Shown one piece after another: positions 30,740 through 39,794 of a stretch of 64,000 nt of DNA. Every line of letters begins with the position of its first letter. Positions within the stretch are counted from its first letter, which is position 1. A program made the position numbers and the translations under genes. The notes under the pieces are model-generated. The model saw only the letters and a list, made by a program, of their open reading frames with translations. It made no database searches and had not been told where the DNA came from. Source of the DNA: a virus; the IMG/VR virus record IMGVR_UViG_3300042691_040495, positions 1-64,000 of that record. One strand, 5' to 3'.

Positions 30740-31394
30740 AACTAACACTAGTGATACAGAATTACAATCTCTTCATTCGTATAATATTGATATAAAAAAT
30801 AGAGAAATCTTTTTACACTCACATTTTGGATATGATGAAGACGAGGCTGGTGTTGACTACAGATCGTCCGTAACATTTGAAAAAAACTTGAGATTTTTAA
30901 ATCAACAATCAAGTGAACCAATATTAGTACATATGCACCTTCCCGGAGGAGATTGGGAGGATTGTTTAAGTTTATGTGATACTATAAAATATAGTCGATC
31001 TAAAACAACAATCCTAGCATATGCGAAAGTTCAATCGGCTAGCAGTATTATATTTCAATCTGCTAATCTAAGAATATTAATGCCAAATGTTAATATGTTA
31101 ATACATTATGGCTCAATTAGTATTGATGATGAACACAAGGCCGCTATTAGTAGTTTACAATGGAGCGAACGAGAATCAGCAAAAATGTTAGATATATTTG
31201 TTGATAAATGGATGAGTAGTCCGATGGCAAAAGAAAAAAACTGGAAAAAGCCAATAGCTCGAAAACATATCCAAAGTCAGCTCGCGACAAAAAGTGATTG
31301 GATACTAACAGCAGACGAGGCGGTGTATTATGGTTTTGCAGATGGTATTTTGGGAGATAAGAAATATCCAACTATAGAATCATTAAAAAAGTAA
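30732..31394 (+). CDS. clpP: ClpP-like serine protease
   Basis: PGGD, VQSAS (Ser), LIHY (His), SDWILTADEAVYYGFAD (Asp). Confidence 0.88.
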   Translation: MARTNTSDTELQSLHSYNIDIKNREIFLHSHFGYDEDEAGVDYRSSVTFEKNLRFLNQQSSEPILVHMHLPGGDWEDCLSLCDTIKYSRSKTTILAYAKVQSASSIIFQSANLRILMPNVNMLIHYGSISIDDEHKAAISSLQWSERESAKMLDIFVDKWMSSPMAKEKNWKKPIARKHIQSQLATKSDWILTADEAVYYGFADGILGDKKYPTIESLKK

Positions 31395-31398
31395 CATT

Positions 31399-32058
31399 AT
31401 GCATCTAGAATACTCGTGTTATGATGTAACACTGAAAGACTCAGAAGTAATAGAAACTTTAAATAAAGTTATTAAATTTGAACCTAAAACAATCTCTATT
31501 CTGCCTCAACATGTTAAATTATGTAAAAATCTTTCAGATACTAATATTCCAATATCAACTCCGATAGATTTTCCTTTAGGCACAATAGATCTACAATCAA
31601 GACTTTCAATAGCGGAAATATGTATAAAAAATGGCGCATCTATATTGGATATTATGTGTCCATCATATTTTTTATCTAACAGGAAATATGATAAATTTAG
31701 AGAAGATATAAAGGCGATTCAAACACTGTCTATCGAGTCTAATACTGAAATTAGGTATATTCTAGAATATCGTCAATTTAGCTATGAACTTCTTTATAAA
31801 GTAGCTCAAATTTTATATGACTTTAATGTAAAAACAATATATCCTGCTAGCGGATATTTTATTGATGATATTTCAGATAACATACTAGCTGCTGCTTTAA
31901 TTAATAAAAAAGTGCCCAATATACACATTATTTGCAATGGTAATATATGGAATAATGATCATATTAAATTGGTCAAAAATAGTAAATTATACGGATTACG
32001 AGTTAACTCATTAAATGCTTTGCATTTGTTGTCAAAAGAAAACATAATAAAAAATTAA
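31399..32058 (+). CDS. deoC: Deoxyribose-phosphate aldolase-like protein lacking catalytic lysines
   Basis: IDFPLG, GASILDI and IRYILE are recognisable; the FVKTSTG equivalent is TIYPASG. Confidence 0.75.
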   Translation: MHLEYSCYDVTLKDSEVIETLNKVIKFEPKTISILPQHVKLCKNLSDTNIPISTPIDFPLGTIDLQSRLSIAEICIKNGASILDIMCPSYFLSNRKYDKFREDIKAIQTLSIESNTEIRYILEYRQFSYELLYKVAQILYDFNVKTIYPASGYFIDDISDNILAAALINKKVPNIHIICNGNIWNNDHIKLVKNSKLYGLRVNSLNALHLLSKENIIKN

Positions 32059-32065
32059 CCTTTTA

Positions 32066-32079
32066 GGTGTATCATTACA
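32066..32079 (+). promoter_or_regulatory. GGTGTAT motif (candidate phage promoter)
   Basis: ggtgtatcattaca, intergenic, before 32120. Confidence 0.65.
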
Positions 32080-32119
32080 GTGATAGACCATAAAACAAAT
32101 ATTTTCATGGAGACTACAA

Positions 32120-32665
32120 ATGTCAACAGCTAATACATCAGGTTCAGATTATTCAACGCCTCCAAATTTAAAAGGTAGCGGTTCTGTCAATAATGGCGGA
32201 ACTTCAACAAGAGTTACATCAAATAGCTTACTAAGAAATGTAGCCGTAAGCAAAGACAGAACAGGGGTTTTTGCCTCCACAGTCATTGATGGAACTGATA
32301 CAGACAAGGCCATATCAGCGGGCGTAATCGCTCACAATCACGTCAAACCAATAGCAGCCAGAGTAACAACAGAAATTGCAGGTCAATCTAGTACAGTATT
32401 ATCAACAACTGCTGATGATCCAACACAATTAAGAAGCATTAATAAAAGAGAAAGTTATAAATCAGCAGGAACAGCAACTGCTATGAGAGCTGGTTATTTC
32501 AATCTTTATACAGGAAAGTTCTCACCAGCACCAACTCCAGTATCAGAAGCTCCAGGAACAGATACTGCTGCTACAGTTAGCAGGAGTGCCCCTGGAGATC
32601 TTGTTTTTAGAACGGGCGCAAAACTTCCTGTTCGCACTCAAGATTATAAAGCCAAAACTGGCTGA
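32120..32665 (+). CDS. Probable virion structural protein
   Basis: S/T/A/G-rich; has its own upstream motif, a GGAG RBS and a downstream terminator. Confidence 0.55.
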   Translation: MSTANTSGSDYSTPPNLKGSGSVNNGGTSTRVTSNSLLRNVAVSKDRTGVFASTVIDGTDTDKAISAGVIAHNHVKPIAARVTTEIAGQSSTVLSTTADDPTQLRSINKRESYKSAGTATAMRAGYFNLYTGKFSPAPTPVSEAPGTDTAATVSRSAPGDLVFRTGAKLPVRTQDYKAKTG

Positions 32666-32684
32666 TTATAATCTATCATTCTTG

Positions 32685-32729
32685 AAGCAAAATGAAGCCA
32701 GCAATTATATTGTTGGCTTTTTGCTTTTT
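32685..32729 (+). terminator. Rho-independent terminator
   Basis: aagccagcaat-tat-attgttggctt hairpin followed by T runs. Confidence 0.85.
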
Positions 32730-32743
32730 AGTGTATCTAATTA
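32730..32743 (+). promoter_or_regulatory. AGTGTAT variant motif
   Basis: Directly after the terminator, before 32772. Confidence 0.55.
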
Positions 32744-32771
32744 ATACCTCCACACATAAAGGGCATAAATT

Positions 32772-33092
32772 ATGAGTGAAACCATAATTCACTTTTGGGA
32801 AAATATAGCAACTACTAGTATTGGTATTATTGTTACCATGATAGGATTTTGGATAGCTATTGGTAAAAACATGGCAACAAAATCTGAAGTTGCAGAAATG
32901 ATAGAAACAAAATCTCCATATCTACATGATAGACAATTTATTATGGAAAGATTAGCAGTTAATAAAGAAACACAAGCAGCTTTAACAAATATGCTACAGC
33001 GCAATACTGAAGTTATGAACGAACTCAAAATTCAAATAGCAACACTTGGTAAAACATTAGAAGCACTAGAAGAAAGAATAGAAAGAAATTGA
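32772..33092 (+). CDS. Single-TM coiled-coil protein
   Basis: N-terminal TM IGIIVTMIGFWIAI and a C-terminal heptad coil. Confidence 0.7.
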   Translation: MSETIIHFWENIATTSIGIIVTMIGFWIAIGKNMATKSEVAEMIETKSPYLHDRQFIMERLAVNKETQAALTNMLQRNTEVMNELKIQIATLGKTLEALEERIERN

Positions 33093-33099
33093 GGTAAGC

Positions 33100-33291
33100 A
33101 TGGCTACTGATATTGAATTAGCAAAATCTACTAATCCTATAAAAAATGGTACTAGTATTACTACTTGTTCATTTACTGGTAATTATAATACTATTAATAC
33201 ATATGTAAATAATAAACCAGTTATCGAAGATATAGAATATAAATATGATGAATTATTTGATGATATTACTTACTATGTATTAGGTAATTAA
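33100..33291 (+). CDS. Hypothetical protein
   Basis: GAGGT RBS; operonic. Confidence 0.65.
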   Translation: MATDIELAKSTNPIKNGTSITTCSFTGNYNTINTYVNNKPVIEDIEYKYDELFDDITYYVLGN

Positions 33292-33292
33292 T

Positions 33293-34507
33293 ATGTCTGA
33301 TACAGTTCAAACTCAAGCTGCTTATAGATTTCCAACTGTTGATGCTAGTGGAAGACTAAGTAATATCCAACTACCAGAGACTATAGAAGCTAGACTATGT
33401 GTACTCAGCGATATAGATTCTGTATTATCTCAACAAGTATTATATGCTGGAGAATTAGCAGCACCAACAGATAAACTCTATTTACGCAGAGGGGACGGAA
33501 TTACAGCAGGAGGAACAATACTAGCAAATGGAAATTGTTATATCGAAAATAGCGTGTTTTCTTCTCCAACAATTATTAGTTTTACATCTTTGTCTGGAAG
33601 TGGGATGGCCTCTTTTGCTCCAATTTCTATTATTCCGAGTCAAAATCTTTATTTTCAAGTACATAATAGTGGAGAATTATTTAAATATGATGGTTTATGG
33701 ACATCAACTCTCAATTTTACCGATAGTTCAAGTTCGGTAACTTCAATAACGGTAAATAGTGTTGTTGGAGCAGTTAGTATTAACTTTGGTAGTTATGCTA
33801 ATTTAACATCAACATCCTTTTCTGTTTTAAAAATTTGCGCCGGAGACTTCAGAATCAATGGAGCATCAACCAATCAAACAACCCTGGATTTACCTCAATT
33901 AGTAGTTATTGGAGGCAGCTTTAATCCGATAGGAAATAATATTACAACATTAAATATACCATTATTAAAAAGCATTGGATCATCTTTTAGTCCAACAGCT
34001 ATGACAAATCTTATAAATCTTAATATACCATCGCTAAGATATGTTATTGGTTCATTTAGTCCTGGTGGATCCATATCAAATAATATGAATAGTTTAGTAA
34101 CTATAAATGCACCTGTGTTAGAATATGCAGGATCTATAGTTCTTGGACTAATGTCTTCTTTAACAACAGTTAATCTTCCATCTTTGGTTACAGTGAATGG
34201 AGCTATAACGATTACCTCATCAGCCACAGGATCAAATCTTACTGATTTTACATTAGGATCAAACTTAAAATATATTGGAGGCAACATTACAATAACCGGA
34301 CAAAAATTAACATCATCATCAGTAGAAAATATATTAGTTAAACTAGCAGCGCTAGATGGTACCAATGGAACAACAACATACGGAACTGGTCGAACAATAA
34401 ATCTTAGCGGCGGAACCAGTTCCGGGATATCTGCTTTAACAACAAATGCAAGTAATGCTAGAACAACGTTATTAGCCAGAGGCGTAACAATAACCTTAAA
34501 TGCTTAA
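33293..34507 (+). CDS. Tail fibre/receptor-binding-like protein with LRR (L-domain-like) solenoid
   Basis: N-terminal LYAGEL..TD...GDG tail-anchor motif; repeated LxxLxxPxLxxIGG units. Confidence 0.65.
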   Translation: MSDTVQTQAAYRFPTVDASGRLSNIQLPETIEARLCVLSDIDSVLSQQVLYAGELAAPTDKLYLRRGDGITAGGTILANGNCYIENSVFSSPTIISFTSLSGSGMASFAPISIIPSQNLYFQVHNSGELFKYDGLWTSTLNFTDSSSSVTSITVNSVVGAVSINFGSYANLTSTSFSVLKICAGDFRINGASTNQTTLDLPQLVVIGGSFNPIGNNITTLNIPLLKSIGSSFSPTAMTNLINLNIPSLRYVIGSFSPGGSISNNMNSLVTINAPVLEYAGSIVLGLMSSLTTVNLPSLVTVNGAITITSSATGSNLTDFTLGSNLKYIGGNITITGQKLTSSSVENILVKLAALDGTNGTTTYGTGRTINLSGGTSSGISALTTNASNARTTLLARGVTITLNA

Positions 34508-34515
34508 GAGAACAT

Positions 34516-34701
34516 ATGAATAATAGCGAATCACAAAATAGCTGGAGACTAATTTACACAAATAATACTGTTTTGGATTTATTTGAAAGCGAAGGAGTCA
34601 CTTCTACCATATACAATTTATTTGTAGCAGAAAATAAACAGGAATGTTTGGACCATATATCTTCTTTAAACTTATACTATAATAATGAAAATAATAGCTA
34701 A
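34516..34701 (+). CDS. Small hypothetical protein
   Basis: Operonic, between tail-like genes. Confidence 0.6.
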   Translation: MNNSESQNSWRLIYTNNTVLDLFESEGVTSTIYNLFVAENKQECLDHISSLNLYYNNENNS

Positions 34702-35887
34702 CACCACCAGTCCTAAAATGACTGTAACAAAAGCTTTTAATTTATTATCTTTAGAATATACCGCATATACTAGAGTTATAAACTCAACAGGCTCTGTATC
34801 ATATACAACAATTCAAGATAGAGTTTACACGTCCTATCCAACAGCAACATCTGTTACTGATTATCAAATGAATCTTATTACGATAGGTCAAAAATCAAAT
34901 ATTGATGAAAAAATTATATGGTCTTCTAGTAATACATCAGTAGCAACTGTGAATTCCAATGGTTATGTTACCCATGTATCAGATGGTAATTGCAATATAA
35001 CGGCATATATTGATGGAAAATCTTTATCTAAAACATTAAATTTTTCAACAACAAATATTGCCAGTACCTCATTTACTAGCTATGCAAATTCTTCTTTGGC
35101 ACAATATATTGTTGATACAATAAGTGCGAAGGTCTTAAATAAATCAGCATCGATAAGCAAAAATATTTTTTCATTACAAAATCACTCTCAAAGTATTTAT
35201 GTCAGAAATACCAGCTGTTGGGCATATGGACTAGATTTAACTTGTTTTAGTCCGTGGAATTCACTAGACGGACCACGCAGAGCCGGAACTCTTATAAGTC
35301 CTAGACACGTAATTTGCGCCCAACACTATCCTTTAACTGTTGGCACCACAATCAGATTCGTTCGTTTAGATAATACTATTGTTAATAAAACTATAACAGA
35401 TATATATAATTTATCTAATGCAGATATACAGATAGCACTATTAGATTCTGACGTTGGACCCGGAGTGTCGTTTGCTAAAATTTTACCAGAAAATTGGTTT
35501 AACTATCTTCCTTCAATATATTCAAACAGTACTACTCCTTATTGGAGAAATTATACTTTTGGATTGCCAGCTTTGTGTTTAGACCAAGAAGAAAAAGCTC
35601 TGATCCTTGATTTTGTCTCTTTCACTTTTAATACTCGAAATACTTCTTTCTCTATTCCTAATAATAGTAAAAATGCAGAATTTTATGAAAATATTATTGT
35701 CGGGGATAGTGGTAATCCAGAATTTTTAATAATTAATAATACATTAGTCATATTATCTACTTGGTTAACCATAGGTTCTGGGCCATTTATAACATTCTAT
35801 AAAACACAAATTAATGATGCTATGTCACAATTAGGAGGAAACTATCAATTAACAGAAATTGATTTGAGTTCTTTTAATACTTATTAA
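34685..35887 (+). CDS. Ig-like (Big_2) domain fused to a trypsin-like serine protease, probably virion-displayed
   Basis: WSSSNTSVATVNSNG; GTLISPRHVICAQH, ADIQIALL, GDSGNP. Confidence 0.8.
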   Translation: MKIIANTTSPKMTVTKAFNLLSLEYTAYTRVINSTGSVSYTTIQDRVYTSYPTATSVTDYQMNLITIGQKSNIDEKIIWSSSNTSVATVNSNGYVTHVSDGNCNITAYIDGKSLSKTLNFSTTNIASTSFTSYANSSLAQYIVDTISAKVLNKSASISKNIFSLQNHSQSIYVRNTSCWAYGLDLTCFSPWNSLDGPRRAGTLISPRHVICAQHYPLTVGTTIRFVRLDNTIVNKTITDIYNLSNADIQIALLDSDVGPGVSFAKILPENWFNYLPSIYSNSTTPYWRNYTFGLPALCLDQEEKALILDFVSFTFNTRNTSFSIPNNSKNAEFYENIIVGDSGNPEFLIINNTLVILSTWLTIGSGPFITFYKTQINDAMSQLGGNYQLTEIDLSSFNTY

Positions 35888-35888
35888 T

Positions 35889-35902
35889 GGTGTAAAATAA
35901 TC
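35889..35902 (+). promoter_or_regulatory. GGTGTAA variant motif
   Basis: In the 30-bp gap before the holin-like gene. Confidence 0.6.
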
Positions 35903-35917
35903 TTATGGAGAAAACAT

Positions 35918-36241
35918 ATGATTAAACCTGGTTATAAAACAAGCGAATTTTGGTTTACTTTAGTAAGTTTTATATTTAGTGGAGCTTATTTGATTGGAAT
36001 ATTAGAAAGCTTTAGTCAAAAAGAAGACTTAATACAAGAAACAAGTAGGGGTATAGAAGCAGCAATATTGATTATTGGTCAATTAACAGTATTATTTAAA
36101 TATATTAAAGGAAGAACAGATCTTAAAAAGACTTGGTGGAGCACAGCAACACCAGAAGAAAGAAAAACCGCCAATAGGCGAAGCTCTAAATCCAAAACTA
36201 AAAAGAAAATTACAAAACCAATTCAGCCCAAAGTTGAGTAG
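35918..36241 (+). CDS. Holin-like membrane protein
   Basis: KPGYKTSEFW start, two TM segments and a basic C-terminal tail. Confidence 0.6.
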   Translation: MIKPGYKTSEFWFTLVSFIFSGAYLIGILESFSQKEDLIQETSRGIEAAILIIGQLTVLFKYIKGRTDLKKTWWSTATPEERKTANRRSSKSKTKKKITKPIQPKVE

Positions 36242-36253
36242 ACAAACTCTATC

Positions 36254-36267
36254 GGTGTATTACTATA
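36254..36267 (+). promoter_or_regulatory. GGTGTAT motif (candidate phage promoter)
   Basis: ggtgtattactata, intergenic. Confidence 0.65.
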
Positions 36268-36298
36268 TATAGGGCTTCTTTTAGGAAAGGTATTATAT

Positions 36299-36739
36299 AT
36301 GCCAGATGCAGCGTCAATAGATTCTATCAAAGTACAAATTGATAATTTAATCAATCAAGTAAAATCTTCACTTGGAGATGTAAAATCTGTTGCTATTACC
36401 CAAGCATGGAAGATTTTGCAACTTGCTGTCGCCGAAACTGTTCAAGTTCTAGAACAAACTTCTGGAGATTTACCGGGATCAGATAAAAAAACCATGGCTA
36501 TGGATTATTTATCAAAATTTTATGACAGTGTTTTTATTGTTATAGATATTCCTATGGTTCCTAGTTTTATGCAAATTATAATTCGTAAATACATTAAAAT
36601 ATTCTTGATGGCATTAGTTAGTTCTAGCATTGATGCTATGGTAACAACTTTTAGACAAGTTGGAGTTTTCCCATCAAAAACAACAGTAGTTTCACAATCA
36701 ATTAAACCCAAGGCTAAAAAAACGAGGAAAAAGAAATGA
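36299..36739 (+). CDS. Hypothetical (membrane-associated) protein
   Basis: LPGSDKK motif, hydrophobic helix, basic tail. Confidence 0.65.
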   Translation: MPDAASIDSIKVQIDNLINQVKSSLGDVKSVAITQAWKILQLAVAETVQVLEQTSGDLPGSDKKTMAMDYLSKFYDSVFIVIDIPMVPSFMQIIIRKYIKIFLMALVSSSIDAMVTTFRQVGVFPSKTTVVSQSIKPKAKKTRKKK

Positions 36740-37119
36740 ATTACACAGAAAGTTTCGATCAATTTGCCAGCAGAGTAACACCCACAGATTTGGCTTTATA
36801 TGCTGGAGTAGGAATTGTTTTATGGATCTTGTTCAAAGACAGGCTTAGTCCTGTTCAAAAGTTTTTAGCAGATGTATTTGGTGGCTTAAAGTCAAAAATA
36901 AACCATGGATCATCCGTTGTTCCTGTTGTTGTTCCAGATGTTGCTCCTGTTGCAGTGTCCAAGGAAACTAAAGAAGATAATTTTTTTAAGTTAATTGTTT
37001 CTTGGAAGCAAACCAGAGACCTAGCAGTTAAGAGCGGTTGTGATGAAGCTGTTAAGGTTGCTGATCAAATGTTTCCATTTTTAAGTCCCACAGTTTGCTC
37101 AAAGGAAAAAAGTGTATGA
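36736..37119 (+). CDS. Single-TM protein
   Basis: LALYAGVGIVLWILF. Confidence 0.7.
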   Translation: MNYTESFDQFASRVTPTDLALYAGVGIVLWILFKDRLSPVQKFLADVFGGLKSKINHGSSVVPVVVPDVAPVAVSKETKEDNFFKLIVSWKQTRDLAVKSGCDEAVKVADQMFPFLSPTVCSKEKSV

Positions 37120-37616
37120 ATCCCAAACTTAAAACAGGTCTTTTAATATTTGCTCTTGCTCTATTAGGTATCGGAATACTTAAACCCGATTTGAGTTTCT
37201 TTAATAAGCCAGTATCACCATCAGCTGTTGTTGAATTGGACGTTAAAGAGCCTGAGTCACCAGAATTGAAAGAGAAAGCAGACGCTGTGGTCAAAGCATT
37301 ATCTGCTAACTCTGATCGTAAAACTGACGGATTACGATTAGCCTATCTGTATAATGACATGGCAACTTTAGTTGGCCTTGACGGAAAAGATGAAGTTATT
37401 AAAAATACCGAAGAAATTAGACAAGCCAATAAATTAGTTGGTTTAATGCTAAGATTAGATATCAAAGGTAAGTACGAAGACCTTCCAGAATCTGCTCAAG
37501 CTTTGGTATTAACAGCAATTGGAGACGATAATGTTTTATTAAACGATGATCTTAGAGCAAAAGCTGTTGAAGGTTTCAAAGCTTTATCCTGGGCCTGTTT
37601 ACAAGGAAGCAAATAA
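37116..37616 (+). CDS. Membrane-anchored or secreted helical protein
   Basis: Signal anchor LLIFALALLGIGIL; likely start at 37116. Confidence 0.7.
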   Translation: MNPKLKTGLLIFALALLGIGILKPDLSFFNKPVSPSAVVELDVKEPESPELKEKADAVVKALSANSDRKTDGLRLAYLYNDMATLVGLDGKDEVIKNTEEIRQANKLVGLMLRLDIKGKYEDLPESAQALVLTAIGDDNVLLNDDLRAKAVEGFKALSWACLQGSK

Positions 37617-38542
37617 TGCCAAGATATTCACCACAAGAATTATACGATAATTATCGCAACGGTTTTAGCGGATGCTTGTGGGAACAGCACGTTTTCGACC
37701 ATTTGATGGAAAATAGTAAATATCCTTTGTTTGGTGATGCTAGCAAAAAAATTAAAAGTAGTGGTAAGGGCAAATTATCAACACCATATAAAAGTGTATT
37801 AAAATTTGAAAAAAGCCCTTATAATGAAAGACAAACAACAGGAGATTGTGTATCTCATGGAACACGAAATGCATGTGACGTTAGTAGAGCAGTAGAGATT
37901 GATGTAAATGGAGAGAAAGAAGCTTGGGTTGCTAAAGGAGCAACAGAAGCAATTTATGGTGCTCGCGGTCACGGCGGAGAAGGAATGAGTTGCTCAAGAG
38001 CTGCCGAGTTTGTTAGCAAGAACGGTGGCATATTATTACGCCAAAACTATAAAGGCGTTGTAGATTTTAGCAAATATAATGGTAATCTTGGTGCCGGATG
38101 GGGCGCGAGAGGATTGCCGGATAAAGTTATTGATCTAGCAAATGACCATCAGATCAGAACAACTAGTTTAATAAAAACAGTAGAAGAAGCAAGAGATGCT
38201 TTAGCTAATGGTTATGGTTTAGCAGTATGCTCTAATTATGGATTTAGTAACAAAAGAGATAAAAAGGGCATAGCTAATACTAGCGGTAGCTGGGGCCATT
38301 GTATGGCTTGGATAGCTTGTGATGATACTGGTAGCGAGCCACTATTCTTAGTACAAAATAGTTGGGGCAAATGGAATGATGGAGGTCATCCAGAATGGGG
38401 GCCTATACCTGACGGTAGTTTTTTAATACGAGCCGACGTAGCAGCAGGGATGCTTTCACAGAATGGAAGTTATGCGTTTAGTAATTTTGACGGATTCCCT
38501 GTACAAAAGCTACCATCTTACGGTTTTGAAGACTATCTATAA
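37616..38542 (+). CDS. Papain-like (C1) cysteine protease
   Basis: QTTGDCV (Gln/Cys), WGHCM (His), QNSWG (Asn). Confidence 0.88.
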   Translation: MPRYSPQELYDNYRNGFSGCLWEQHVFDHLMENSKYPLFGDASKKIKSSGKGKLSTPYKSVLKFEKSPYNERQTTGDCVSHGTRNACDVSRAVEIDVNGEKEAWVAKGATEAIYGARGHGGEGMSCSRAAEFVSKNGGILLRQNYKGVVDFSKYNGNLGAGWGARGLPDKVIDLANDHQIRTTSLIKTVEEARDALANGYGLAVCSNYGFSNKRDKKGIANTSGSWGHCMAWIACDDTGSEPLFLVQNSWGKWNDGGHPEWGPIPDGSFLIRADVAAGMLSQNGSYAFSNFDGFPVQKLPSYGFEDYL

Positions 38543-38572
38543 TATAGTGGCCTAAAAGCTAACCTTAAGTTT

Positions 38573-38586
38573 GGTGTATTATATTT
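38573..38586 (+). promoter_or_regulatory. GGTGTAT motif (candidate phage promoter)
   Basis: ggtgtattatattt, intergenic. Confidence 0.65.
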
Positions 38587-38605
38587 ATACCTTTAGGGTT
38601 ATACT

Positions 38606-38800
38606 ATGAAACTTTTAGATAGAATTGCTTTAAACAATCTTTTACGAATAATAAGAGAACTTATTATACGAATGGTTGACTTTTTTGAAAAACAAAAAAA
38701 ACCAGTCAAACCAACACCAAAACCTAAACCCGACAGACCTCGCCCTTTGAAAAATATTATAGACTTGATACCTGTTCCATGGAGAACAAAAGATGAATAA
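38606..38800 (+). CDS. Small basic Pro-rich protein
   Basis: Amphipathic helix plus PKPKP. Confidence 0.6.
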   Translation: MKLLDRIALNNLLRIIRELIIRMVDFFEKQKKPVKPTPKPKPDRPRPLKNIIDLIPVPWRTKDE

Positions 38801-39140
38801 AATACTATTACCAATTTTAGCAGTTGCTATGATATTTGGGTCATATGGATATCATGGGTCAACAACTTCCGCAGTAACTCTTGTGGGGGGAATTGTTAAG
38901 GCTCAACATACTGAAAGTGTGAAAAAATACAAAAGAAAAGACTGTCCAATATGCAAAGGCAAAGGATACTATATTAGTGGTGATGGTATTGAAAAAGTTA
39001 ACTGCGGATATTGTATTCCTGATAAGAGTGACACTCCAAAAAATCAATTACCAAACACATATCCAAAAGTTATTACTCATCCTCCAGTAACTATTCAACA
39101 AAATTGCCCAAATGGCGTTTGTCCAATTCCTAAAAAATAA
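38793..39140 (+). CDS. Secreted Zn-finger-like protein
   Basis: Signal peptide; CPICKGKG...CGYC; C-terminal CPNGVCP. Confidence 0.7.
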   Translation: MNKILLPILAVAMIFGSYGYHGSTTSAVTLVGGIVKAQHTESVKKYKRKDCPICKGKGYYISGDGIEKVNCGYCIPDKSDTPKNQLPNTYPKVITHPPVTIQQNCPNGVCPIPKK

Positions 39141-39151
39141 AGGTATAAAAA

Positions 39152-39550
39152 ATGGACGATAATCTTAGAGAAAAATTAAAAGCTATCGCAGAAAAAGTGT
39201 TAAAACAAGCCAATGTGCCAAATGATGAAAAATTTGGTAGTGTTATTGCTATACTAATGATGATTAGTATAATACTTACAGTAATTAGAGTATTACAAGA
39301 ATGCAATAAAAATAAAACACAAGGCATGACATCAGAAAATAAACAATCTCTCTATGCTGAAAACATTAAATCTTATAGTAAAAAACGAGGTTGGTTTACT
39401 AGACTAAGAATAAAAAGAATTCTTAAAAGAGAACTGACCTCAGAAGAATATAATAAATACGGCATTAAATTAACAGAAGCATTGTTAGATATAGGAGAAA
39501 CCCTCAAGGATGATGAAGTCGCAACTCTAATGGAGGCAGCAAATGTTTAG
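39152..39550 (+). CDS. Single-TM protein
   Basis: VIAILMMISIILTVI. Confidence 0.7.
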   Translation: MDDNLREKLKAIAEKVLKQANVPNDEKFGSVIAILMMISIILTVIRVLQECNKNKTQGMTSENKQSLYAENIKSYSKKRGWFTRLRIKRILKRELTSEEYNKYGIKLTEALLDIGETLKDDEVATLMEAANV

Positions 39551-39794
39551 TATATTAATCTGGTGTGTATATGGTATTTTTGTTGGCAGCATAGCAAAAA
39601 GCATAGTTCCAGGAGAAGAAAATTTTGGTTTTGTTAAAACAGTAGCACTAGGAGTATGTGGCTCCTATATGGGTGGCGCACTATTATATTTACTGGGTAA
39701 GTATGAATCGGTGTCTCCTGCTGGATTGTTCATGGGAGTCGCCGGTGCTGTTTTAGCATTGGTGCTTTATAACAAACTACAATCATCAAAATAA
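39543..39794 (+). CDS. GlsB/YeaQ/YmgE (transglycosylase-associated) membrane protein
   Basis: GIFVGSIAKSIVPG, LGVCGSYMGG, GVAGAVLAL. Confidence 0.88.
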   Translation: MFSILIWCVYGIFVGSIAKSIVPGEENFGFVKTVALGVCGSYMGGALLYLLGKYESVSPAGLFMGVAGAVLALVLYNKLQSSK

